The notes beneath the pieces were generated by a model, which made no database searches, was not told the origin of the DNA, and saw only the letters and a program-made list of their open reading frames with translations. Shown here one piece after another: positions 38,946 through 49,320 of a stretch of DNA of 64,000 nt. Location: the NCBI GenBank assembly GCA_965660855.1, contig CBFIBM010000001.1, forward strand, positions 96,001 through 160,000. Reading direction: 5' to 3'. The stretch's first letter is position 1; each line of letters starts with the position of its first letter. The position numbers and the translations under genes were made by a program. Source of the DNA: an uncultured bacterium (GTDB lineage Bacteria; Fidelibacterota; Marinisomatia; Marinisomatales; UBA1611).

Positions 38946-39302
38946 ATGCTGATTGTGGGGTCCTTTGTAATATTAATTATTAGTGCCTCTGCTTTGGGTT
39001 TTAACCCGTTTGGGACATGGATTGACTCTTCAAATGTAGATATTTCTACGGATAAATATGAAAAAGACACACAAATTAAAGTAAAGGATTGGGGTTTCCA
39101 ATTAGATGATTATCGTGGATGGGTTGATAGACAAAAAAGGAAAAATGGTGTCTACAAAACTGATTTTGAAGCTGCTAGATTGTTTAGAAATTATGAAAAA
39201 GTAGGAAACATGCTTCATACCAATATCAATTACCTCGGTATAATTGCTCTTGCAAATATATTTATTTCTTTCACAGGATATTTTCTTTTTAGATCAAATT
39301 AA
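38946..39302 (+). CDS. Hypothetical membrane protein
   Basis: Hydrophobic segments at both ends. Confidence 0.55.
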   Translation: MLIVGSFVILIISASALGFNPFGTWIDSSNVDISTDKYEKDTQIKVKDWGFQLDDYRGWVDRQKRKNGVYKTDFEAARLFRNYEKVGNMLHTNINYLGIIALANIFISFTGYFLFRSN

Positions 39303-39317
39303 ATATATAAAATTATA

Positions 39318-39482
39318 ATGGATAAAAAAGAGATTATGGAAAGAAAAGAGAAAAAAAAATATCCTATATTAATTGATGAAGATGGGCAATCAAAAAAGTT
39401 AGAAGAAAAAAAATATTATAAAAAACAAAACAAGTTATTTGATAAAGATGTAAATGACCCAATAGAGAGGGGATGGGATTAG
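39318..39482 (+). CDS. Small charged hypothetical protein (54 aa)
   Basis: ATG...TAG ORF encoding MDKKEIMERK...DPIERGWD, followed by a terminator. Confidence 0.45.
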   Translation: MDKKEIMERKEKKKYPILIDEDGQSKKLEEKKYYKKQNKLFDKDVNDPIERGWD

Positions 39483-39522
39483 TTAGTTTTGATTTATTAA
39501 TTAAGTTAAATAGCCCATTTTT

Positions 39523-39553
39523 AAGGTCATATAATAGCATGACCTTTTTTTTT
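39523..39553 (+). terminator. Intrinsic terminator
   Basis: AAGGTCAT-ATAATAGC-ATGACCTT followed by a T-run. Confidence 0.75.
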
Positions 39554-39677
39554 GAGAAATAAAATTATTCACAATAAAGTATTTGCATTCAATATTTTAT
39601 TTTATTTACATTTATACCAGTTATTCTTAATATATTAAAGATTTTTACATATATAAATTAATAAAATAAATAAAACA

Positions 39678-40052
39678 ATGAATAAACGAAGTATTGAACT
39701 TATTATAATCTCATTCACATTTCTTTCATTTATTTTTTCAAATGATATGAATAGTATTATAAATAAAACAGGGAATTATATCCCTCCAACTTTCAATAAG
39801 CCAATCAACAAAAGTTTTTCTTCTCCTGATGTAATTGACAAGTTTGGAATAACTGCAAAGAGTGTTGTCGAATTTCAAATTTCAAACAAAGGAAAAATTT
39901 CAGATATCACTATAATTTCATCAGATTTAGGAAATGTGTTTGATGATATGATTTTAAGAGGAGTTAGAAACCTTGATATCACTCCTGCTAAAATTGGGAA
40001 CAAAGCTGTGAGCGTTAGGTATAGATTACCTATAGTATTTAGGCCTCGTTAA
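39678..40052 (+). CDS. TonB C-terminal domain protein
   Basis: V.F.I...G.I.D..I..S, FD and PA..GNK.V.V...LPI.F pattern. Confidence 0.75.
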   Translation: MNKRSIELIIISFTFLSFIFSNDMNSIINKTGNYIPPTFNKPINKSFSSPDVIDKFGITAKSVVEFQISNKGKISDITIISSDLGNVFDDMILRGVRNLDITPAKIGNKAVSVRYRLPIVFRPR

Positions 40053-40080
40053 GATTTTCATATAAATCTTCAATTCAAAT

Positions 40081-40160
40081 AATTGCTCCATTTGGTATTG
40101 AGGATCAGAAAGGAACCCTGTGCTCCTGCAGGGTTCCTTGGTTCGTTTGAGAGCCAACTT
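40081..40160. other. GC-rich long hairpin (candidate structured RNA or atypical terminator)
   Basis: Perfect 11-bp stem AAGGAACCCTG/CAGGGTTCCTT with imperfect outer pairing. Confidence 0.45.
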
Positions 40161-40266
40161 AATTATAAAAAAAATTTAATAATAAATTTTTCTTCTATTC
40201 GGAACGATTATATGTGACATTCCACGTCTTATTTAGAACAGTATTTAATTATTTTGGTATTAACCT

Positions 40267-42090
40267 ATGAGAAAAGAAAATTTTAGAAATATAGCAATCA
40301 TTGCCCATGTCGATCATGGTAAAACTACGCTGGTTGACGCAATGTTGAAACAGAGTGGGACATTCAAAGCTCACCAGGATATTGAAGATAGAGTTATGGA
40401 TTCTATGGATTTGGAGAAAGAAAGAGGAATTACAATTACTGCTAAAAATACGGCGGTTCATTACAATAATATAAAAATAAATATTATGGATACTCCTGGG
40501 CACGCTGATTTTGGTGGAGAGGTTGAAAGAAGTCTCAATTTAGTTGATGGTGCATTACTTTTGGTGGATTCAAGTGAGGGACCATTACCTCAAACACGAT
40601 TCGTACTCAAAAAAGCACTAGAAAGGAACTTTCCAATCATACTTGTCATTAATAAGATTGACAGATCAGATGCTAGAATATCTGAGGTGTTAGATGAAGT
40701 TTATGACTTATTCATCGATTTGGATGCAAATGATGAACAAATAGACTTTCCTGTTTTATATACTAATGCAAAAGAAGGTATTTCTCATAAAGAGTTGAAT
40801 AGCAATTCTACTAATCTAGAACCATTGTTTGATACAATTTTATCAAGAATTAAAGGTCCTATTGCTGATGATAATGAGGTCCCACAATTTCTTGTGACAA
40901 ATCTTGATTATGACCATTATGTTGGGCAAATAGCTATAGGGAGATTAAATAATGGTATTTTAAAGATGAATGTTTCTTATGCTGTATGTAGCGAAAAAGG
41001 TACCGTTCATAATCAAAAATTTTCTGCATTATATACATTTAAGGGCTTAAAAAAAGTTCAAGTAGATTATCTTGAAGCTGGAGATATTATTGCTTTTGCA
41101 GGAATTGAAAATATTTCTATCGGTGATACAATTTCTAGTAATGAGGATCCGAAACCATTACCAAGAATAGAAGTAGATGAACCTACGGTATCTATGCTGT
41201 TTTATATAAATAACAGCCCATTTGCAGGTAAAGAAGGAAAATATCTTACAACACGGCATATAAGTGAGCGCTTACAAAAAGAAATTCTAAGTAATGTTTC
41301 CCTTCAAGTTCATGATACTGATAGAACAGATGTTTTTGAAGTAAGAGGTCGAGGGGAACTTCAAATGGCTATTCTAATTGAAACAATGAGAAGGGAAGGT
41401 TATGAATTCATGGTCTCAAAACCACAGGTAATTACCTATGAAAAAGATGGCAAAGTAATGGAACCAATGGAAAAAGTATTTTTGGATATCCCAGAGGATA
41501 AGGTTGGTGTAATTACTGAAAAATTATCAGCTCGAAAAGGGAGAATGACAAACCTACAAAATCATGGCAGTGGGAGAGTGAACCTTGAATTTTCAATTCC
41601 ATCTAGAGGGTTAATTGGATTTAGATCTCAGTTTATGACAGATACTCAAGGTGCTGGGATCATGAATAAATTATTTGATGGTCATGAAAAATGGTTTGGT
41701 GCAATACCACAGAGAAATACAGGTGCCTTAGTTTCAGACCGAAATGGTAAAGTTACTACATATGCATGCATAGGAATGGTTGATAGAGGTGAGATGTTTG
41801 TTAATATAGGGACTGAGGTTTATGATGGAATGATTATTGGTGAACGAAACAGAACAGAAGATTTAAATGTTAATATTACACGGGAAAAGAAACTGACTAA
41901 CATGAGAGCATCTGGATCAGATAATACAATTACACTTAGACCTCCAAAACAGCTTTCACTTGATCAATCTTTAGAGTTTATTGCTGAAGATGAATTGGTT
42001 GAAGTTACCCCATTATCAATTAGACTCAGAAAAATGGAGTTGAATCAGTCTAAAAGAGCATCCCTAAGAAAAAAAGAGAAATATAGTTAG
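40267..42090 (+). CDS. typA: Translational GTPase TypA/BipA
   Basis: [40 protein letters not shown] and KKLTNMRA motifs. Confidence 0.97.
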   Translation: MRKENFRNIAIIAHVDHGKTTLVDAMLKQSGTFKAHQDIEDRVMDSMDLEKERGITITAKNTAVHYNNIKINIMDTPGHADFGGEVERSLNLVDGALLLVDSSEGPLPQTRFVLKKALERNFPIILVINKIDRSDARISEVLDEVYDLFIDLDANDEQIDFPVLYTNAKEGISHKELNSNSTNLEPLFDTILSRIKGPIADDNEVPQFLVTNLDYDHYVGQIAIGRLNNGILKMNVSYAVCSEKGTVHNQKFSALYTFKGLKKVQVDYLEAGDIIAFAGIENISIGDTISSNEDPKPLPRIEVDEPTVSMLFYINNSPFAGKEGKYLTTRHISERLQKEILSNVSLQVHDTDRTDVFEVRGRGELQMAILIETMRREGYEFMVSKPQVITYEKDGKVMEPMEKVFLDIPEDKVGVITEKLSARKGRMTNLQNHGSGRVNLEFSIPSRGLIGFRSQFMTDTQGAGIMNKLFDGHEKWFGAIPQRNTGALVSDRNGKVTTYACIGMVDRGEMFVNIGTEVYDGMIIGERNRTEDLNVNITREKKLTNMRASGSDNTITLRPPKQLSLDQSLEFIAEDELVEVTPLSIRLRKMELNQSKRASLRKKEKYS

Positions 42091-42215
42091 AATTGATATT
42101 TAATATTCTTCTTTAATTTTTAAAAAAATAAAAAGCATAACAATCGCAATTATATTGCTTAATATGCAAGTATAAATCCCACCATTTCTTAATTACTACT
42201 TAAAGTCGAAAAAAT

Positions 42216-43739
42216 ATGACATCAGATCAAATTAAAAATGAAAAAAACACTTTTTCAAACTTTTCTTTAAAAAAAGAAATACTAAAAGCTATCAAGGATT
42301 TAAATTTTATTAACCCTACACCAATTCAAGAAAAAGTCATTCCTTTTTTAGTAAAATCAAAACAAGATCTAATTGGGACTGCGCAAACTGGAACTGGAAA
42401 AACTGCTGCTTTTGGGCTTCCATCTCTTTCTATGACAAATATAGAAAATTCAAAAACACAAACTCTAATACTTTGTCCTACTCGTGAGCTATGCATTCAG
42501 ATATCAAAAGATTTAAAAAATTATTCGAAATATATCAAAGGTCTTAACGTTGTTCCTATTTACGGAGGTGCTAAAATTGATGTCCAAATGCGAGCCTTAA
42601 AGAAGGGGGCACAAATGGTAGTTGGAACACCAGGTAGAACAAAAGACCTTATTAAAAGGAAGAAGCTTTCTATTGAATTTATTGATAGAGTTATTCTTGA
42701 TGAGGCAGATGAGATGCTTTCAATGGGATTTAAAGAAGATTTAGAATTTATCTTATCAAAAACACCAAAAGATAAGCAAACATTACTTTTTTCAGCTACA
42801 ATGACTAAAAAAGTTAAAGAGGTCACTAAAAATTACATGCATGATACTAAAGAAGTATCTGTTGCAAGAAAAAATATTGCTTCAGAGAATGTAAATCATG
42901 TGAATTATATTGTACAAGCTCGAGATAGATATGAAGTTATAAAGAGAGTTTCTGACATGAACCCGAATATATATGGAATTGTTTTTTGTCGAACTCGCAG
43001 AGAGACGAAAGATGTAGCAAATAAATTAATGAATGATAATTATAATGCCGATACATTACATGGAGATCTATCTCAAGCCCAAAGAGACGATGTGATGAAT
43101 AGGTTTAGAAAAAGACAAATACAAATTTTAGTAGCTACTGATGTTGCGGCAAGAGGTCTAGATGTAAATGACCTAACCCATGTAATAAACTTTAATTTAC
43201 CTGATGATTACGAAACATATATTCATAGAAGCGGAAGAACAGGAAGAGCAGGTAAAATAGGTGTTTCTATTGCTATAATACATGGAAGGGAAACACGAAA
43301 ACTAAAAGAAATAGAAAAAAAGCATGGTATAAAGTTTAAAAAAGAGTTGGTCCCAAATGGCCAAGATATTTGTAAAAAAAGACTCTATGCATTAATTGAT
43401 AAAATTGAGAAAGTAGATGTCGATGAAAAACAAATTGAACCCTTCTTACCATATATATTAAAAAAATTAAACTGGTTAGATCGTGAAAAATTAATCAAAC
43501 ACTTTGTATCTACTGAATTTAACAGATATCTATCTTACTACAAGAATTCAAAAGATATAAATTTTGAAGGATATTCAGAAGGTGGGTCAAGATTTTCAGA
43601 AAAGCGAAGAAATAGAAGTAATAACAGAAGTAGAAAAAGAAATAGAAATCAGAGGTTCTTTCAAGGAAAAAACAAAGGTAAGAATGAAAATCGTAGTAAA
43701 AGGCGTAGAAAAAGCAGAAATAAAAAAAATAATTTTTAG
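42216..43739 (+). CDS. DEAD-box RNA helicase (DeaD/CshA-like)
   Basis: Q-motif, AQTGTGKT, PTREL, DEAD, SAT and HRSGRTGRAG; basic tail. Confidence 0.95.
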   Translation: MTSDQIKNEKNTFSNFSLKKEILKAIKDLNFINPTPIQEKVIPFLVKSKQDLIGTAQTGTGKTAAFGLPSLSMTNIENSKTQTLILCPTRELCIQISKDLKNYSKYIKGLNVVPIYGGAKIDVQMRALKKGAQMVVGTPGRTKDLIKRKKLSIEFIDRVILDEADEMLSMGFKEDLEFILSKTPKDKQTLLFSATMTKKVKEVTKNYMHDTKEVSVARKNIASENVNHVNYIVQARDRYEVIKRVSDMNPNIYGIVFCRTRRETKDVANKLMNDNYNADTLHGDLSQAQRDDVMNRFRKRQIQILVATDVAARGLDVNDLTHVINFNLPDDYETYIHRSGRTGRAGKIGVSIAIIHGRETRKLKEIEKKHGIKFKKELVPNGQDICKKRLYALIDKIEKVDVDEKQIEPFLPYILKKLNWLDREKLIKHFVSTEFNRYLSYYKNSKDINFEGYSEGGSRFSEKRRNRSNNRSRKRNRNQRFFQGKNKGKNENRSKRRRKSRNKKNNF

Positions 43740-43751
43740 TTTTTTAAATTA

Positions 43752-44468
43752 TTAAGCTTTTAAAAAATCTTCTTTTTTTAAACCTGTTTCTTTTTCAATG
43801 CCCACTATCAGATCAAAATAACCTTTTCCAACAATAATTATTGTTGGTACTAGAACTGCGAAATAACTAACCCATGTCATCGTTGATACTTGTTCATTAA
43901 ATCCACTATCTCCAGGATTAGATGTAACGATTGTAGAGGCTAAAATAAATTGAATAATAGAACTGATAAAAAATCCAGCTATGAAGTAATAACCCGCTTT
44001 TTCGGTAAGAGAGTCAAGTTTATCAGTATTATTATTTTTTATTAAGTATATTTTAATTTTCTCTGTATCAAATAAAGCCTGATTCAATACAATGGAATTA
44101 AATGAAGATTTTTTGTATTTACTGTAGAAAAATAGAAAAGATCCAATTAGGATTGGCATCAATCCTTCTTTTAAAATGAAAGCACTTCTGGTTAGCCCAT
44201 ATCTTGAACCAAAAATTCCAATCCCTCCAGTGAGTAAAACATTAACAAAACCTAAAATAGAAATAAAATTAATATGTTTTCTGTTTAAAAGATCATAAAT
44301 AAAATATATCAGAGGAAATAGTAAAGCAACTAGAAACGAGAATGGTTGTAAGTCTAAATTAAAATAATGATTGTACCCATCAAACCAAAGTTCACCTTTT
44401 TTTAAGATCATTACTGGTATAAAAATATTGCATAAAATACTTAAAATAGGGTTTTCTTTTTTATTCAT
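43752..44468 (-). CDS. VC0807-like integral membrane protein
   Basis: N..IPV.IL.K, S.LG.VNVLLTGGIG and FN.Q motifs in a multi-TM protein. Confidence 0.65.
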   Translation of the reverse strand: MNKKENPILSILCNIFIPVMILKKGELWFDGYNHYFNLDLQPFSFLVALLFPLIYFIYDLLNRKHINFISILGFVNVLLTGGIGIFGSRYGLTRSAFILKEGLMPILIGSFLFFYSKYKKSSFNSIVLNQALFDTEKIKIYLIKNNNTDKLDSLTEKAGYYFIAGFFISSIIQFILASTIVTSNPGDSGFNEQVSTMTWVSYFAVLVPTIIIVGKGYFDLIVGIEKETGLKKEDFLKA

Positions 44469-44879
44469 GTGTTAAATTTAATTTAATAATTTGTCTATAA
44501 TAACTCTATAAATAAAATTTTTTTAATTACTAAATAGTTGTTGTATCAAAAACAAATTATAAAAATAAGGTATTGATATATAGAGATTTATATAATTTAT
44601 GTTAATGTAAAGATTTAATATAATATTCTATCATCTTAATATGGTTTTTATCCAATAGATAAAGCCTCATAGCCCATCAGGAAGTTTTATAAAAATAATA
44701 AAGATTAAATAAAAATTTTACATTTAATTAGATAATTTTATCACTTAAATAGGTGGTGAAAATAAATATCTAATGAAAATAATTGGTTCTCAAATCTTTC
44801 AAACTTGTATTAGTTATAATGGAATTATTCTAATAATTAAATTGGTGAGCAAAAATTTAAATTTATCGGTAAATACTTT

Positions 44880-46139
44880 TTAGATTGTACGATTCTTAGA
44901 TCCTAAATAATAAGCCCAAATCAATAATCTAATTATTGATGAAAAAATAAACACTAAAAGAATTGGAGTTAAATATTCGAAGTTTTTATGTAAAATGTAT
45001 AGCTCATTCTTTGTTAAATATCCTCCTAGTAAACCACCAAAAAAAATAGACATACCTCTATAAAATATCCTTTTTGAAGTTAGTTTTATCATATTCTGCC
45101 CTAGCATGTGTTCATATAGTCGATTATCCATCGCCAATGCACGACCACTAAACATAAGCGATGCTAATGAAGCAATAATTAAAGATATTGGTAATTTTAA
45201 TTCTTCAGGTAAAAAATAAGTACATACCCAAAACATTGGAAAAATTCCTATACAGAAGCTTGTTCCTCTTATTGTAGTAAAAGTCCCTAATTGATCAATC
45301 TTTTTACCCCAATAGCGGAGGCTAAATAATCCAAGAAACTGACTCACATTTATTAGAATTGCTAATTCTATATAGTCAAAATTTTGCTCTCGTAACCAAA
45401 AAACCATCATTAAAGGCCCTGATATATGAAAAGCAAATTCAGATAAGCTATCATACGTAATAAATTTTTTTATACTTTTAAACTTTTTATCATTAAGATT
45501 TATTTGACCTTCTTTCTCATCTATTGTTTGATATGGTGGCTCATATTGCTGATTTAAGTAGACTATTGAACCAATACTAGCTAAAAATCCAATACCAAAT
45601 AAAATGCCAAAGCCTAAAATAGGATTTGTATCGTTGTATGCATTTAAAATCGTTCCAGCTACTAAGGAAGAAATAAGCATAAAGATACGTACAATCTGTG
45701 ATCTATGCCCAAAATACCGACCCCTTACCCTACTCGGAACTAAATATCCCATCCATGAAGTCCATGGAGACATTTGAGAAATTGCAATAATAAAATAGAA
45801 GCAGAGAAATAAAAGGAATATATAAAAATTATCAGTTTTAACACCTATATAGAAAATACCAGGAATTAGAATCGTTTGAACAAGTTTCAATATAATTAAT
45901 AGAAGTTTTCTTGATCTAAGTAAATGAAAGAAAATATTAGTATAATTCTGAAATATTGATCCTATAAATATTGGAAGTGTTGAAAGAATAGATATTTCAT
46001 AGCTGGAATATTTTAAGAACTCAAAAAACGCACCAAAATATGTTTCAACAGAACCATACATTACAGCCCACCAGGAGCCTTCAATTGTAGAGGTTTTTAA
46101 TGAAGACCTAATGTTTTGAGTTTTTCTTTTTGTTTGCAT
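44880..46139 (-). CDS. MFS transporter
   Basis: About 12 TM helices; W.SWM..LVP...RGRYFG.R and WG..ID..G motifs. Confidence 0.8.
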   Translation of the reverse strand: MQTKRKTQNIRSSLKTSTIEGSWWAVMYGSVETYFGAFFEFLKYSSYEISILSTLPIFIGSIFQNYTNIFFHLLRSRKLLLIILKLVQTILIPGIFYIGVKTDNFYIFLLFLCFYFIIAISQMSPWTSWMGYLVPSRVRGRYFGHRSQIVRIFMLISSLVAGTILNAYNDTNPILGFGILFGIGFLASIGSIVYLNQQYEPPYQTIDEKEGQINLNDKKFKSIKKFITYDSLSEFAFHISGPLMMVFWLREQNFDYIELAILINVSQFLGLFSLRYWGKKIDQLGTFTTIRGTSFCIGIFPMFWVCTYFLPEELKLPISLIIASLASLMFSGRALAMDNRLYEHMLGQNMIKLTSKRIFYRGMSIFFGGLLGGYLTKNELYILHKNFEYLTPILLVFIFSSIIRLLIWAYYLGSKNRTI

Positions 46140-46213
46140 TATGTAACGAAAAATTTTAAAAAAGAGAGGTTCCCGTTATGAGTGTATATTCAAACTATAT
46201 TATTATAAATATA

Positions 46214-47095
46214 TTATTTTTTGATTTTCGGTTTGAATAAGTTTTTTCCTTCAAACATTTTTGTTTTATTTATGTAACTATAGTATTTACGACATTCACA
46301 TGATAAATATTCAATATCTATGGGATTCAATTTTCTTTTTGCTTCAGGCCAATATTTTTGCTGCAATATTATCATCTCGTCACATGCTTGATTATGATTT
46401 TTTAATTTTAGGTGCTTTTGAAGTATATCTAGATATGCAATGGCTCCAATTCCAGTAGGTACATGACTTTCAGGGTTTATTATATCTGGTCTAAACCATG
46501 AAATATCAATCACTGCCATAAAAATTGGGAAATCATTTTTCATTTTGAATAAGTTGTTTATTTCATTTGTAGCAATGATAACATTGCCTTTGGATTCAAC
46601 TACAATTTTTTTTATCAAGCTTTTTGTTTCATCAAATAAAAACGTTGCTGCGTCTAATCTATTATAAAGCTTATCTGAGTATTGAATAGGCTCTACTGGA
46701 TATGCAGTTAGATTGCACCATTGCTTTTTATTTAAAAGTTTATTGTTTAAAGATTTAACATTTAATAAATCTTTCGCTGAAATTTTATCAATAGTTTCTT
46801 GCCGATTACACCAACGAGCAAAAAAAAGGGCTTGTATTAGGTTTGATAAATTATTTTCTAAGCCATAACAAAATTTAATAATTGATTTACTTCCTCTATC
46901 ATCTTCTCTGAAAACGTTTAAAAATCGACCTCTTTGAAAAATTGGATCGTCTGACCATGGTGGTGAAAGGTCTTGTTCTCGTTTTAATCTAATTTTTTCC
47001 CTTTCTTTACAAAAATCAAAAAATGCTAAAACAGGATCCTTAATTACAAGGCCACTTAAGGCTTCGGCGTATGGGTTTTCAATTATGGAATTCAT
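46214..47095 (-). CDS. aGPT-Pplase1 / 5-hmdU DNA kinase helical domain-like protein (DNA hypermodification family)
   Basis: F..ERE.I...R...PPWSDDPI....F.NV.REDDR at the N-terminus and DIE...CE..KY at the C-terminus. Confidence 0.75.
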   Translation of the reverse strand: MNSIIENPYAEALSGLVIKDPVLAFFDFCKEREKIRLKREQDLSPPWSDDPIFQRGRFLNVFREDDRGSKSIIKFCYGLENNLSNLIQALFFARWCNRQETIDKISAKDLLNVKSLNNKLLNKKQWCNLTAYPVEPIQYSDKLYNRLDAATFLFDETKSLIKKIVVESKGNVIIATNEINNLFKMKNDFPIFMAVIDISWFRPDIINPESHVPTGIGAIAYLDILQKHLKLKNHNQACDEMIILQQKYWPEAKRKLNPIDIEYLSCECRKYYSYINKTKMFEGKNLFKPKIKK

Positions 47096-47249
47096 TTATG
47101 TCTTACATTAAAATTTCATATAGTAATTTAGAGTTTATTACTTTTGAAAAGTAAATAACATTCATCCTAATAACAAAAAGTATAAATCAAAATTTTTTAA
47201 AAATTAAAGTAGATTTTAGCCATATTTTATAGGAATTAAAATCGTAATC

Positions 47250-47753
47250 ATGACAAACTATAGTTTAATCGATGACGCTACTAAAGAAGTGTTGAAAAAA
47301 GAAATTAATAATCTTGCAAGCTCAATTGGCGGGAAAAATCATTTTTTACAATTAATTGAGGAAATAAGGATGGAAAGGCCGCACGCTCTGATGTCCAAGC
47401 AAGCTTCGTTCAAGTATAAATATGGTAAAGTAAAATGGGAGAAAGTTCTTTATCGAGATAAGGTTAGACTACTTTTAGAAATATTAAAAAAGAATAACGG
47501 CAATAATCAAAATCTAATGTTAGAAAAAGGCAAAAAGAGGTATAAGACCACTCTAAATTTGTTAAGAGCGCTTGGGCCAATGAGATTTAAAGTTGAGCCT
47601 AAAAATAATAATGATGGCCCAGGTTTTGTAATTGCACCTCTTGAAATAATTGATTCTAAAACAACCATAATTAATTTTATGTTTGAAGTAATATTTTTTT
47701 TACCAGCCTACACAGTAAAACAAGTATTTAACGGATCAAAAAAGAAAAACTAG
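47250..47753 (+). CDS. Hypothetical protein
   Basis: 167-aa ORF with an AGGA SD; no motif recognised. Confidence 0.6.
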   Translation: MTNYSLIDDATKEVLKKEINNLASSIGGKNHFLQLIEEIRMERPHALMSKQASFKYKYGKVKWEKVLYRDKVRLLLEILKKNNGNNQNLMLEKGKKRYKTTLNLLRALGPMRFKVEPKNNNDGPGFVIAPLEIIDSKTTIINFMFEVIFFLPAYTVKQVFNGSKKKN

Positions 47754-47820
47754 GTTTTTAAATTTTATTTAATTTATAGATATATATTTAAATACGTTTA
47801 TTTAAACTAATACTTTAATA

Positions 47821-48489
47821 ATGAAAGAAAAAGAAAACCTTATAAATGCTGAAAAAAAAGCCAAAAATCTTTTTCTTTCGATTAAGCAGGAAAACTTAAT
47901 AAGACCGGGTATTTCTGAAATTCAATTAGGAGATGAGATTTATAAGCTTGCTTTTGAAATGTTCGGAATAAAAAGTTTTTGGCATAAGCGCATTATTCGA
48001 GCTGGTATAAATACAATTTACCCTTACAGCGAAAATCCTAAAAATTTGGTTATAAAAGAAGATGATATTCTTTTTTTAGATTTTGGGCCAATTTTCAATA
48101 ATTGGGAAGCTGATATAGGGAGAACATATGTTTTGGGTGATGACCCATATAAATTGAAATTACAAAGCGATGTTGAAGAATGTTGGAAAATTTCAAAAAA
48201 TTACTTTTTAAACAAACAAAATGTTACTGCCTCAGATATGTACAAATTCGTTAGCAAATTAGCAACTGAGCGCTCTTGGAGTTTTGGTAATGAGCATTGT
48301 GGTCATCTAATTGGTGAATTTCCTCACAAAAGAATAACAGGTGAAAAAGTTAATAGTTATCTACATTCAGAAAACCATTTAGCACTAAAAGATAATAAGC
48401 AGAATAATTTATTTTGGATCTTAGAAATCCATTTCGTTGATTATAAAAGGAAAATTGGTGGGTTTTATGAACAATTATTATTGACATAA
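47821..48489 (+). CDS. M24-family metallopeptidase (catalytic domain only)
   Basis: FWHKRI.R.G.NT, D.GP...WEAD.GRT, GHLIGEFPH, WILEIH and GGFYE motifs. Confidence 0.85.
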   Translation: MKEKENLINAEKKAKNLFLSIKQENLIRPGISEIQLGDEIYKLAFEMFGIKSFWHKRIIRAGINTIYPYSENPKNLVIKEDDILFLDFGPIFNNWEADIGRTYVLGDDPYKLKLQSDVEECWKISKNYFLNKQNVTASDMYKFVSKLATERSWSFGNEHCGHLIGEFPHKRITGEKVNSYLHSENHLALKDNKQNNLFWILEIHFVDYKRKIGGFYEQLLLT

Positions 48490-48531
48490 AAATATATCTA
48501 TAAGGTAACAATAGAGTTTTTGATTTTTTAT

Positions 48532-49188
48532 TTAGATTTTATTTCCTGTTTTTTTTTCATTTAAAATTCTATTTTTAGAGGAAGCCCAAGAACATATTTT
48601 GCAATCAGACAAGTTATGATTTCTTGCAGGACAATATTCACGACCAAAAAATATAATTTGTAAATGTCTTTTATTCCAATTTTCTTTTTTCCAAAGTTTT
48701 TTAAGATCTCTTTCAGTCATATCAACATTTTTAGCTTTTGAAAGTCCCCATCTGGAAGCTAGGCGATGAATGTGAGTATCAACTGGAAATGCGGGAATTC
48801 CATACCATTGAGCCATCACGACACTTGCAGTTTTGTGCCCTACTCCTGCTAAGCTTTCTAAGTATTCCCAATCTGGACGAACACCTCCACCATCAATTAA
48901 TTGTTGCGCCATTTTCTTCAAGTTTCTAGCTTTAGTAGGAGCTAAACCAATCTCTTTAATATGATTTTGGATAGTCTCTATTTTTAGTTTTCTCATTTTT
49001 TCAGGTGTATCTGCTACTTTAAAAAGAGATGGCGTAACTTGATTTACTTTTTTATCTGTTGTTTGTGCAGATAACATAACAGCAACGATTAATGTATAAG
49101 CGCTAGAATGATATAAGGGAACAGGGGTCTTAGGATAAAGTTCATCTAGCAGGTTTCCAATTTTTTTTGCTTTTTCTTTACGGTTCAT
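48532..49188 (-). CDS. nth: Endonuclease III
   Basis: LSAQTTD, GVG.KTA HhH motif, VDTHI.R and a C-X6-C-X2-C motif (usual fourth Cys not evident). Confidence 0.92.
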   Translation of the reverse strand: MNRKEKAKKIGNLLDELYPKTPVPLYHSSAYTLIVAVMLSAQTTDKKVNQVTPSLFKVADTPEKMRKLKIETIQNHIKEIGLAPTKARNLKKMAQQLIDGGGVRPDWEYLESLAGVGHKTASVVMAQWYGIPAFPVDTHIHRLASRWGLSKAKNVDMTERDLKKLWKKENWNKRHLQIIFFGREYCPARNHNLSDCKICSWASSKNRILNEKKTGNKI

Positions 49189-49320
49189 AAACTAAATTTA
49201 TGTATATCAATATCTTTATTATCAACGAAAATTACTTTAATAGAATTGAAAGCTTCTATAATTTTATTGATTAATTATTTATATGTTGATTAAAAATGAA
49301 AGTAAAAAGGTCTTTATCTT

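Noticed and set aside
44469..44879. Long intergenic gap as a hidden gene or ncRNA
   Set aside because: Extremely AT-rich; I found no convincing ORF, stable hairpin or repeat by eye.
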